A stretch of DNA of 64,000 nucleotides, counting the filler, from Sphacelaria rigidula (Eukaryota): the NCBI GenBank assembly GCA_964200075.2. It is 3 parts of 3 records of this genome, joined end to end, with 100 filler letters (N's around TTAATTAATTAA, not from the genome) between each part and the next. Parts side by side here need not be neighbours in the genome. Positions count along the whole stretch, not along the records: positions 21,973 to 43,817 come from CAXNAA020000380.1; positions 43,918 to 64,000 come from CAXNAA020000571.1; 1 more part is not named here. The stretch is one strand, 5' to 3'. The position numbers were made by a program, and so were the translations under genes. Below the pieces are notes generated by a model, which had not been told where the DNA came from, searched no databases, and saw nothing but the letters and a program-made list of their open reading frames with translations. Below are positions 38,301 to 48,731 of the stretch, piece by piece; position 1 is the stretch's first letter; every line of letters begins with the position of its first letter.

Positions 38301-40812
38301 GTTGGATGGTCGCGTGTCTCGATCCTTAACGTTGTGCGTGAACAGCAACCGTGATGTGTCTTCGTGGCCGGCAAATTTCAGAAACTCGCTCCCACTCGCA
38401 ATCGGCTTGAGGTTGAGGACAATTCATGAATCAACGGGCTGGTCAGTCACTCAATCCGTCGATGATCCCGTGCAGCTTGACTAATGGAAGTCATTGTAGT
38501 CTCGTTCCATGGGCATACAAATCCTGGTAAGTTTGTGTCTGTTGAGTCTCACGGAACTTGGTCTTTCGGATGTCCGACAGACTATCGTCCCGCCGCATCG
38601 ATACCGGGAGAACATTCGCTGTGCAGGACCTGGGGAGCATGTTCCGACCCATTCTGGACAGTCTGCGGGCCACCAGGGCGAGTAATTACTGCGAGAAGGT
38701 CAGTACTGACTTGCGTCGTATCGACTCGGAGTGTCCCGTACGTAGCACACCATGATTACGCTGCGTACACCGCGGGTCTTGGCGTCAGAATTGCTACGCT
38801 TGTCGCTTTCAGGAAGAAATGCTGTCGGCGGTTGCCTCTAAGACCGACTTTTAGACCGACTTTTATGCACTGGAATGTAGACTTGTACGAGTTGACGATT
38901 TCAGCAACAATATCAGGTGATTCCCTCCGGCGGATTGAGTTTTCGGACCCCAGCCCGTTGGACAATGTTTTTCGGCTATCTGTGAGCAAGCCAGATCAAT
39001 TCTCCGATTCCCTACACGTCGACTTTGTTATGTGACCTTTCCGAAAAAAATCCAGGTACTCTACGATCTCGCCGCCGCGAGATTGACGGAGATGCAGTCG
39101 AGATCCTAGAGTTGCCCGTTTTTTTTCAGGAACGTGATACATGAAAGTCAACGTCGAGGGAATCGGATCATTGATCTGGGTTGCTCACAGCTAGCCGCAA
39201 AACATTGCCCAACGGAGTGGGGTCCGAAAAATCAGTTCGCGTGAGGAAACCGCGTAATATTGTTGTTCAAATCGTGAATTCGTACAAATCCAGATTCCGG
39301 TACATAAACGTCGGTCTAACAACGCTCAGGATATAAAGTCGGGTTGTGCGATTGAAATGACCGCCTCGTGCTCTTTTCTCGCCCATGCAGGAGCTCCGAG
39401 TGGAGTTCTCAAACGGATGTCAGGCTTACGATGTCAGCATCGCACGAGGGCCAACGGATGCCGACGGCAGACCGATCCCTGTCAGTGCTGCCTATGTTCG
39501 CCGCTTGTCGTCGGTGAAGCCCCGAGCGCAGATCTTGCAAGAGGCGCCAGATTTAACGGACCTGGAAAATTACTTTCACGGCGCGTCGGACGCCAGCATG
39601 TGGGCGCGCACTTCTCTGGAGACATTTTTGAACGTGATTGCTGACGTCCCCGCTGAGGCCGTGGCGATAGTACAGTACAAGCTCACAACTCGGGCGTCGC
39701 GCCCGAGCCATCTCGTCGTTTTGGGGCCCAGAAAATTTCATCTATGTTCTTGCCTGCAGCTTCTGCGCCGTGGACTACCGTGCAGGCACTACTTAGCCGT
39801 CTTGCCGCAAATGTTGGAAAAGCTGGTGGACGCGGGTGGCGAAGTCCAACACCTGTTCGACAGTGCGTGTGTGCACAACCGTTGGCGGGAGCGAACCGAT
39901 GGCCAGGACGCTCCGTGGAGCGTGAAGCAGGTACTCCGGTCGTCGGGGCATGGTGAAGGCTGGGACGGAGTTCGCGACGGTGGCAGCAGCGGTGGTTGGG
40001 GACCTACCCTTGACAACAGTGCCGACGGTGTGCACTCCCCAGAGCCAGCCGAGTCGAAACGAAACGCCAGAGTGGAAGCCGATCAACGACGCATCTTCGC
40101 CACGTTGATTGCGCGCTTCAAGGAGGAAGCAAATACCATCATCAGTTCCGTAATATCGCCGGCAGAGGCGTTGTCGATCCAAACGCAAATGGTGGCATAC
40201 CGGTCTAGTCTGATCCATATGGCGAAGGGCGCACCCGGGCCAGGCAACCCGGCAAAGCCGCCACAAAAAGGTCGCCCGAAGGGATCAGGCAACAAACCGA
40301 AGTTTAGTACACGTGAGGTGGGTAGGGGTAAGGTGAAGGGCAGCGTCAATGTCAAGGAGGAGAGAGCGTCCAACCCTCAGCAGCGGGGGGGCAATTCCAA
40401 GCGCACCAAACGCCACAGAGACTCGATGGAGACGCGAGGATCCCGGCCCATGATCGTTGACCGCGAAAGTGCACCCTGGAACGGTTGTCGCATGATCGAC
40501 CCGCGCGCCCTTGGTTGCCGATGTTCTCTTCGAGCTTCTTATCGGAAAATTGATGTTTGCTGTCGGTGCCCCGCTTTGTCAGTCAGTACTGGTAGGACAC
40601 GTAGACGGTGTATCACGGTGTATGTGGCGAGGTTAACGGTGGGGGCAACGGTTGTACGGTTCACCCGACCTCCTGCCCGTGCTACTGGTATTGTGTGGAG
40701 CCGACCTGCAACTATGTTTGTTGGTAAACGTATTACGGGAGGGAGCGATTTCCGATTACCTACTACGCAGTGTGTTATGGTGTATGATGTGTGGTCGACA
40801 TTTCACGCGTAG
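35338..40812 (+). pseudogene. Spliced FAR1/MULE DDE transposase with SWIM zinc finger, disabled
   Basis: 11 phase-compatible exons: 35338-35541, 35736-35855, 36084-36149, 36283-36468, 36672-36895, 37006-37156, 37328-37519, 37707-37786, 37981-38166, 38581-38698, 39391-40812. Motifs: CEHSG..VGCPF..HDH (FAR1-type DBD), QLDTT, LSDAD, YCLRH, TQRTEG, HLCSCLQLLRRGLPCRH (SWIM), HNRW, KGRPKG. Stops at 36406, 37767 and 38078; donor after 36468 reads GG. Confidence 0.93.
38851..39319. repeat. ~470 bp imperfect palindrome (foldback) inside transposase intron 38699-39390
   Basis: Left arm TTAGACCGAC...CTCTACGATCTCG pairs with right arm CGAGATCCTAGAG...GTCGGTCTAA around a ~25-30 nt loop. Confidence 0.9.
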
Positions 40813-40914
40813 GGAGTGCGTCGGCCACGTGTACTGCACCAGGTGTGGGGAAGAAGATTCCAATGCAGCACTTGAAGTAGAGTTTGACAGTTGAGAGATT
40901 CGGAAACCCAAATT

Positions 40915-41057
40915 GGCAGTATAGAGTCATAGTGGGAGGGGGGGAAATGGGGCTGTGTACTGTTTGTTTTGCCCCTCTTTGTTTTGCGACTGCGCAGTGT
41001 CAACACAAGCACTCTACAGCCCCGTTTTTTTCCCTTCCACTATGACCCTATACTTCC
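40915..41057. repeat. 143-bp hairpin / MITE-like inverted repeat
   Basis: GGCAGTATAGAGTCATAGTGGGAGGG...GGGGCTGT is complementary to ACAGCCCC...CCCTTCCACTATGACCCTATACTTCC. Confidence 0.8.
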
Positions 41058-42832
41058 ATGCTTGGTTTGCCGTACGCGTCTAATGTTTTCCGCGAAAATG
41101 TCGGCAGCAGGAGCTGCAGGAGACGAAGCGGTTGCGCTTCGCATACGCGTTGGTGAATCGCTTGCTTCCGGTGACATTGTCGCTGCTTGATTTTGATATT
41201 AATCGGCCGCTCTTGTCCGTCTCAGCTTTCCTTCACTCCTCGGTATCAAGTTCCGATCGGGGCTCAGTCGTCTCTTCTGCACAATGCGGCGGTGAAGACC
41301 ATACGCATGTACTTGTTTTTTGGTTGAAAAAAAAAACACTCGCGTCGGCGTCTTCTCATAGTGCCGTCTTTTCGCCCACTACTGAGTATGTGTTGATATT
41401 GGCCAGCATATTCTCACGGTTTCGTCGGGAATATGCTGTACATTTCGTTCGCCAATCCATCAAAATAACCTCTACTGAGCCAGCCGTCCGTGCATGCTTC
41501 GTGAACATATCTCGGAAAAACACAAGAACCTGACAGATGAGTCTTGCAGAATTGACGACGAAACACTCTTTGACTGAAAGAAGTGATAAAAGCAAAACGC
41601 CCAGGTATGGCGGACGAATCCTTTTGCACTGAATATAACACGATAAGAGAAGGTAAAAACGACGTCAGAAGAGAAAAATATTCGGGGCTCTCTGACATGG
41701 CTTAAACTGCTGGAGCTTGCGCACCCGGAACTTCGCTGAAGTCTTGGGGGGAAATGCGGTGGAATGGGATAGCCTATGTCGTTCATTGATTACGGAATTT
41801 CTGTTCCTCAACATTCCACTACCATGATGCACCTGCTCGTGTATCCGAGTGAAACAGCTGAATATGGGAACCTTTACGGCTCATCTCTCCCGGTCATGAC
41901 TTGTGTTGCGTGGAACAACTGAGGATAGAAATGTTAAAACCCCCTCGTCTCTCATCTCAAAGACCGACGAAAATTGTGAGGGAACTACCTACAGAGTAGG
42001 CTACACCCTGTAAAGTGTACGCTTCTTCGGCTGAAACACACGGTGTGACGGTGCTATCAGGACATAGTCTGACCCTCGCCAACACTTTGTGCTGGCAGCA
42101 GACTTGGCCGCGCGGCTTGCGCGCCGGCTCCGTTTTGAGGTTTGTTACAAATCTCAAGTGTGCAAAGCTCTGCAGGCCGCTCAATGCCCAGGTAAGGTGG
42201 TGCTTCTCGAGACGATACAGAATCCAGACAAACCAGGAAGGTAGACAAGGAGTTAGCTCGAGCATAGGGCATAGATTGATACCTGCTCAACAGATGCAGG
42301 TGTGCGAGTATTTCTCCGCATACGTTACACGCCAACCGGCACGTTTTTCTACCGACTGTAGTCTCCACACGTACAACATGGGTGATGCGTGAAAACAGTG
42401 CTACTGTGCTTTGACCACGTAGAGGAATGTATAGACAATTTCGTGACAGGTCTATGATTCGTGTGCAGTATAGGCCAAACCACGCGTGAGTAGCCCCTGC
42501 ATCTGTGACTTGCGCATTCTGTGCTCACATTGTCTCGCTGGCTATAAACTGCGCCAAGCAGCAAGAATAACTCACATGCTAATATGAGTCAGCAGTGCCA
42601 CCCGCATGCCGCGGTGTCGAGCGCACGTTTAGTCTACAAAGCTGCCGCTGCGAAGAGTACGGATACGAATCAAGTCTTCCCGCTGCCTATACCCAGCCCA
42701 TGACCTTAGCTATCACGGTAACAACTAGATGTTGTGTCCACCGGCGTGCGGGCTTGCCTATTCGAAGCTTGCGGCCTTTTCGATCACTTATCTGTGATCA
42801 GCACATCGTGTGTAGCATAACGTTGTGACAGC

Positions 42833-43038
42833 TAAGCACATATCGCACCCGCTACCGGTCCGTTTGCTCCGTGCGATGGCTTGAACGATACCTAGAGACT
42901 GTGTGAGTGTTTTTCATGTGTTGCTGTGTCCATGCGGGGCTTGTGGAATGGATGCTGAACGTTGACGGATGTAACAGAGTACGTCAACGTTGACGGATGT
43001 AACAGATTACGTCAAAGTTGACGTAAATAGCAAGACCC
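42833..43038 (-). repeat. Right long inverted repeat (putative TIR)
   Basis: TAAGCAC...GTTGACGTAAATAGCAAGACCC; has one fewer 28-bp subrepeat than the left copy. Confidence 0.92.
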
Positions 43039-43054
43039 AAATGAATTTATTCAC

Positions 43055-45822
43055 AGATTTTGTAACAAAATAATTTGGAATTTTCAAAATTGGGAGGGTC
43101 TCCCCCCGGGGTTGCTTGCAGGCTTTCGACAAAAACGCTATGCAAAATGCTGGTAGAGGTACTAGGGTTTGCAAATGCAGTGCAGGATTTCTCACAAAAG
43201 ACTGTGAAGAACCCCTCTCCATCAGATACGATTTGTGACAACTGTGAGGGTATTCGGGGAATATCGCTCGGAATGAAACATGTAGAATAGTATTCAGGGG
43301 TATCGTAGTACATGTTTCCCTGTTGACAATCGAAATTCCCAGCGCTTTATGCCCGTTACGATGAACGACTGCTTTCCAAGAAAACCATCCGTTATTTATA
43401 GGACTTCCACGGGGGTCTTATCCTAACCCCGAGGTTGTCACAATTCCTATCTGAGGTAGAGGGTGCCAGCACTTCGATGCGGGTTCTGAATTAAAAACAA
43501 ACGGCTCGGATTTTGCAAGCGCGTTGCACTACAGTAGTATCCTTCGACAGCCCCACCGCGAAACCGGTTCTCAACACAGCCACGGCGGAAGTGGCCATAC
43601 AAGGCGTGATAGCTAGTTCAGACTCGATGAAGCGCCTCGCATGGGCGCTACTGGCGAGACAACCCCAAGCGTGGGACTAACCCTTACCCCCGTTGTGTGT
43701 GTGTGCAGCTTTATTGTGGGGCATCCATTTTATCCAGCTAACGACTGTACTGTAGTGATGCTGTACTCTGGTGTGCTGGTATATATCAGCAGACTGCTGA
43801 ATGATGCTGCGTTTCAANNNNNNNNNNNNNNNNNNNNNNNNNNNNNNNNNNNNNNNNNNNNTTAATTAATTAANNNNNNNNNNNNNNNNNNNNNNNNNNN
43901 NNNNNNNNNNNNNNNNNGAAGGTCTTCACAAGTGTTTGATCTCTCGTGCACTCCCCCCAACTCGCGTGTGGTCAAGCGCCCGGTTGGGGTGGCGGACAAT
44001 CAACGATGAATAACACCCCCTAAGTTCATACTGGATCTATCTGGTTTTGCCGCAGCACCGTCCTTGCGGGCATGTGTGTGACAGAGAACAGTAATAGCGG
44101 TGACGGAAATATTGCCCTGTTTTTCAAGGGCATGTTCTTCAGCGCACAGAGGCGCGTGTTGTCCAAAAGGAGAGGCAGAGATAAATTGATCTTCGCATCG
44201 ATGATGAGGTGCTCAGGCAAGACGAAGAGACGAGATCTCTCCGCAGGTCGGTCTTTAGGCACAACATGGAAAATTCGGTTCATGCTGGTAACATGCATGA
44301 TGCCAGTCTCTCGAGCGTTTGGTAATCGCCGAGCGAGGACACACAAAGGACACGGGCGAGGAGCTTCCTCTCTGTCGTTGCTTCTCTCTCTGGTGATATC
44401 GCCATCGACACGCGTGTACACCGCATTCGTTGGGTGCACCTAGCCCGAACTGCCCAACTCCTCCTGCGGAGTTTTGGTGCAAAATACCTTCCTTTTGTGC
44501 TCCTGTTTGGTATTTTCCCAACGAAAGCGATTCGCGGGTTGAACCTCATTCTATAGTTCAACCCCAAAAATAAGGATCGGCTGTTTCATGGTATTTCTTG
44601 CGCCACGTATAGACCTCGTTGACCGCTGTACCCTGAAGGGACAAAAAGAGCTACATTTTCTCTCTTTCTCTCTTGGTAACACAACACGTGTACTCACCAC
44701 CTGCACTTGCCCCCGCTGATGCCGTTGGCGCAGTATCCCTAGCCTTGGCAAACATATCAACACCTCCATCACCCGCAACACTAGAAGCGGTAGCACCACC
44801 AGCAAGAGTGGGCCGCGCCCCTAAAGTAAAGGGCCGTGCTGCAGGGGCCGTTGTTCCGCCATTAGAAGTGGGTGACGATCCCGCCGAGGCAAAGTGAGGT
44901 AGCTTGATATGTCGAATTTCCACACGTTCAGCTGCGGATGATCCAGCCTTATCAGGGACCGGGCAGGACTTACGAGGCCGTGAGAAGAGTTCCATGTTGA
45001 CGATATATCACTTGTAGTACGTAGTGGGGATGTGAACGCGCCGTGCTCGGGACAGGGATTTGCTCAGGAATTTGTGGCACTGTGATTCGTGCATGAGTCG
45101 ACATCGGAGAACATTCGGTGAAGGACAACAACCATGTCAAATATCATGAGGTCCGTGTATGTGAAATGTGCGTCGTTCAATGACAAAGGGGGGATTAAAA
45201 TCGCCATTTGGTGTACACAACGGGGCAAGACGTGTTGTCACCGGTGACGGTTGTGGTCAAAGAGATACACACTGTAATGCGTGAGAGGACCGCGTGCTTA
45301 GAAGACAGCGCCGTAGTTCAAAACACCTCAGGATCGACGTTTTTCATAACCAATCGGGCCAGTCCCTGGAGGTACTACGCCCCTGACCATAACCGTAACA
45401 CTAACCCTGACTCTAACCCTAACCCTAACCATAGGGATGTTCAAATTCCGATGCGGTCCTCTAAGCACGCGATCCTCTCACGCATTACACACACAACGTG
45501 CTGTCTGAGAAACGTTTGGTATTTCCGTCCGACTGAACACATGTTTATGGCCGTGTGCGAGCTTGTTCTGCGGAATAACGACGACCTTAACTCAAACAAT
45601 GGATTTGGGATGAGGGAGCGGCAGAAAAAATGCTTCAACATCTCTCTTTCACCTCTATCGTTGAACGGCGCCTCATCTCATGCCACCAAAACATGCGATG
45701 TACCTCGCTTTTCCGCGCGAATCATGGATTTCAACTGTGCCTACACGAAATTCGACAGCGCGTGGCAGTGCATCAAGCCTTTCCATCCCAGCGTTGGCAA
45801 GAGAGAGCAGCAGCTCCAACTA
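43055..45822 (-). CDS. Candidate exons of an unidentified minus-strand gene
   Basis: AG/GT-bounded open segments 43319-43055 (GNMYYDTPEYY...) and ~45822-45703 (LELLLSLANAGMERL...), plus a GTGAGT donor after 44698. Exon order and phasing not fully resolved; spans a gap. Confidence 0.3.
43818..43917. other. Assembly gap with TTAATTAATTAA spacer
   Basis: 100-nt N block with spacer at 43862-43873. Confidence 0.97.
45273..45489 (+). mobile_element. MITE carrying telomere-type (CCCTAA)n repeats, copy 1
   Basis: ~37-bp TIR TGTAATGCGTGAGAGGACCGCGTGCTTAGA... / ...TCTAAGCACGCGATCCTCTCACGCATTACA; internal degenerate CCCTAA array at ~45382-45430. Confidence 0.9.
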
Positions 45823-46455
45823 TGTACGGTATCACCTGTTGGGCACGAGGTTCATTTTTGGAATAATACCTTCCTGCTAAAGCTGGGCAGCTTCCTCTCT
45901 ATTCAGCACCACTCAATGGCAGATGGGAGCTTATTTCGTGTTTTCTAAACCCTGAATCATGCATAGTTTCAAAACCAAAATGATCAGCAGAGTTTGTCGC
46001 ATTGTGACAGCGGCCAGCCCGGGACCCATCACTGACATCAGGCGTGCGCCATATGGTCGAGGCCACGATACCAACTTGCGCCAACCACCACACAACATAC
46101 GAGAAGAAAAATATACTAATAGAGCGATTGACATTCTAGAGTAAATCGCACATGTCGTACCCTTCCACTCCTCACCTTCTTCCTGCAGCTGTCGATCGAG
46201 TGATGATATAGTGGTGGTATTGTATGTACTGTGTGTGGCTCATGTGCTGCGTTCGTTTCCCGTCGTCCTAAATGCTTTCGTCGTTGATCGGACCCGCGGT
46301 CAAACGATCGCAAATCACAAGAGCGCAAGTGAGAAATTCAAACGAATGCACTACCCTTGTGACATTCAAATCATTCTCTACTGGAAACAGCCGTGCGCAC
46401 AAACTGGGCTACTGAACCAGGAGGAGGGAGATTAGCAGTTGCATAAGTTACTGCC

Positions 46456-46702
46456 GGTCGCTCCGGTGGCTCAGTTGGTAACCTCGTATATCTAACAAAA
46501 GTACAACCGGGGTTCGATCCCTCCGAGGACCATCTTGACGCCTTTTTCTGCAGAATGAACAATCTGAGAAAAAGTCTGGTACACACCAGTCGTCAAAATG
46601 AAGACACATGTTCCCGCCCGTAAGCCGACGAACCGCTTGGGGCAGCGCTGATTAGAGGGATTACAACCCACGGGTGAAATCGGAGTCTAATAGTCTAATC
46701 AA
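46456..46702 (+). mobile_element. tRNA-derived SINE-like element
   Basis: Pol III A-box TGGCTCAGTTGG (46467) and B-box GGTTCGATCC (46511); AGTCTAAT tandem tail near 46684-46700. Confidence 0.6.
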
Positions 46703-46767
46703 CTGTCGGACCCCGGTTGTACTTTAGTTAGATGTACAACATATTATCCACTAAGCCGACAGTCAGC

Positions 46768-47147
46768 GCTGACTGTTAGCTCAGTGGATATGTTGTATAT
46801 TTAACACTCGGAACCTTCTGACGGTTGGGTCGTGGGTTCAAATCTCGGAGCGATCGGGGATTCTTTCTCACACGATGCCCAACAGTGGAGAGCGATTATG
46901 TCGTGGATACACAAAGATCGACCTGACGGTGGACGAGAAAAAGGGACTGCTGAACCCCTCTCGCGATACAAAACAAAGGCAAGCACCGTAGAACGAAGGT
47001 GGAGTACTAAAAACAAACAAAAAAGAAAAAAACTCCTGTGTTGACCCTTCTCCTGTGTGATCCTGGCTGGTGCGCCCACACATTATATACCAAAAGGTGT
47101 AGTCCGGTGTCCAGAATAGATGGGACGACAACACATACATACACATA
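46768..47147 (+). mobile_element. tRNA-derived SINE with (ACAT)n tail
   Basis: A-box TAGCTCAGTGG (46777), B-box GGTTCAAATC (46835), ~290-nt body, ACACATACATACACATA tail. Abuts an inverted truncated head at 46706-46767. Confidence 0.7.
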
Positions 47148-48731
47148 ATCTACAAAACGAATGCACGTTACCCGTTGGATTACTTGCCGTCGCTCCTACG
47201 TTGCGACCACATAATAATAATATTAGCCCAAGGCACCTTGTTCCCACGCCACAACCCCGCATCCCCAGGTCCATGAAGAGAGCACCACAACAGTACCAAC
47301 AGTCAGCCATACAAATACTACATATATTCATATATACGGTGATATCTCCCTACAGGTTTGTTGAGGTATTTACTGCGCTGTACAGCAGTAGTAACGTCTG
47401 CAAACAACAGTGCAGTAGTGTAAAGGTGGACATGTCTAAAATATATCTGCGCATGAATACTTCAAAGCTGCACAGATGGTTAAGGTACGCTTTCGGAGCA
47501 GTTAAGGAACAAAATACAGTTGGTTAAACTCAAAGTAAGTGCGTGTAAGCTACACACCACCAGTGCAATATAGTGCGCATGGCGTACAATCAGTGCATAG
47601 ATGCTCACAGTATAGAGGAGAATGCACTATCAGCCAACGCTACCCCAAATACAAACGGGCGTCGTCAAGTTGCCATGATCCCATCCACCTACTATCTCAG
47701 CCAGAAACATCAATTTCCGCCAAGATGTGCCCGTCACGTACGTCCGGGTCAAGATGGTCTCCTTAGAAGCACGGAACTCTTGACCCTACGACGAGTACTC
47801 GTTCTACAAAGCACACGCAGGCTCGTCATACATAGAATGAACATAGCCAGCAGCCAGTAAACAACCAAGGAGTGCTCTAGAACGATATTATTGTCGTCAG
47901 ATTTCTACATTACAGCGTTGCGTCAAGTGCAGGCTGAAATGTGGCACCACAGAGTACTCACTTACTGTACGTATGTCAATCATGCATGGCCATCCATTTT
48001 TCCCATTTCCTACTCTTTTTTTAGCATGACTAAAATCTCTCCGCATCGCAGGGTATTGTTGATGTATCATCGCAACCAGGGAGCGCAGAGGGAGCGAGGG
48101 GTGGATCGCAAAGCTAGTGAAGTTAGGAACAGGTCGTCGCCGCTTTCGTGTTGTTGTGTGAACTACGCTGTGGTACTGGAATGTTGTACTGCAGACGTTC
48201 GCCAAAGTCCGGACATCAAACAGGCATATATCTGCTCTTTATACTACGGTCATGATCCAGACGGAATGATGGATCCCCATTGATTGTGGCCTACTCGCTC
48301 GGTTTCACCCCTACTACAGCGCTGTAGCGGTGGTTACAAAAGAAACAGATAGCCTGGCAGCATAATTCGTTGTCGCCCATGCTATGCTAGGGCAGTAACT
48401 AATCTGAGGGATAGCCGCTGCTCTCGAATTGGAATAGAGATATATCACCTTCCTTCTCGCCGCATATTTACGCGGCGTGAAGGGCGTCGATTGAACGCGT
48501 GATTGCGCCGCACGCTTCATGATCCTATCATCCTGAAGACATGAGGAATACAAAAAGAGACCGCGCAACCTTACCAGCTTCCGTACATGACCAAGATGAC
48601 ATTGTTCTACCAACAGTATACACGAGGTTTGGGTTTCTTCGGTAGATAAATCGACAAGAGAAGAGTTACACACGCGGCACGAGATACGGGCCCTCACGCG
48701 TTACTTCGTTGTGTCGGGTCACAGCGGGAAG

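Larger units (their letters stand above)
31796..43038. mobile_element. Putative large Mutator-like (MULE) element, ~11.2 kb
   Basis: Long inverted repeats at both ends enclose a MULE transposase pseudogene. No TSD was found, so linkage of the ends to the transposase is inferred. Confidence 0.55.

Noticed and set aside
33162-41907. 16-bp direct match GGTCATGACTTGTGTT at 33162 and 41892 as alternative element boundaries
   Set aside because: Short, direct orientation, no adjoining TIRs; may be chance.
45208-45948. 246-aa plus-strand ORF
   Set aside because: Runs through the telomere-repeat MITE (NPNPN) and has no recognisable domain.
46456-46860. Functional tRNA genes
   Set aside because: A and B boxes are present, but no convincing cloverleaf was found and SINE-like bodies and tails follow.
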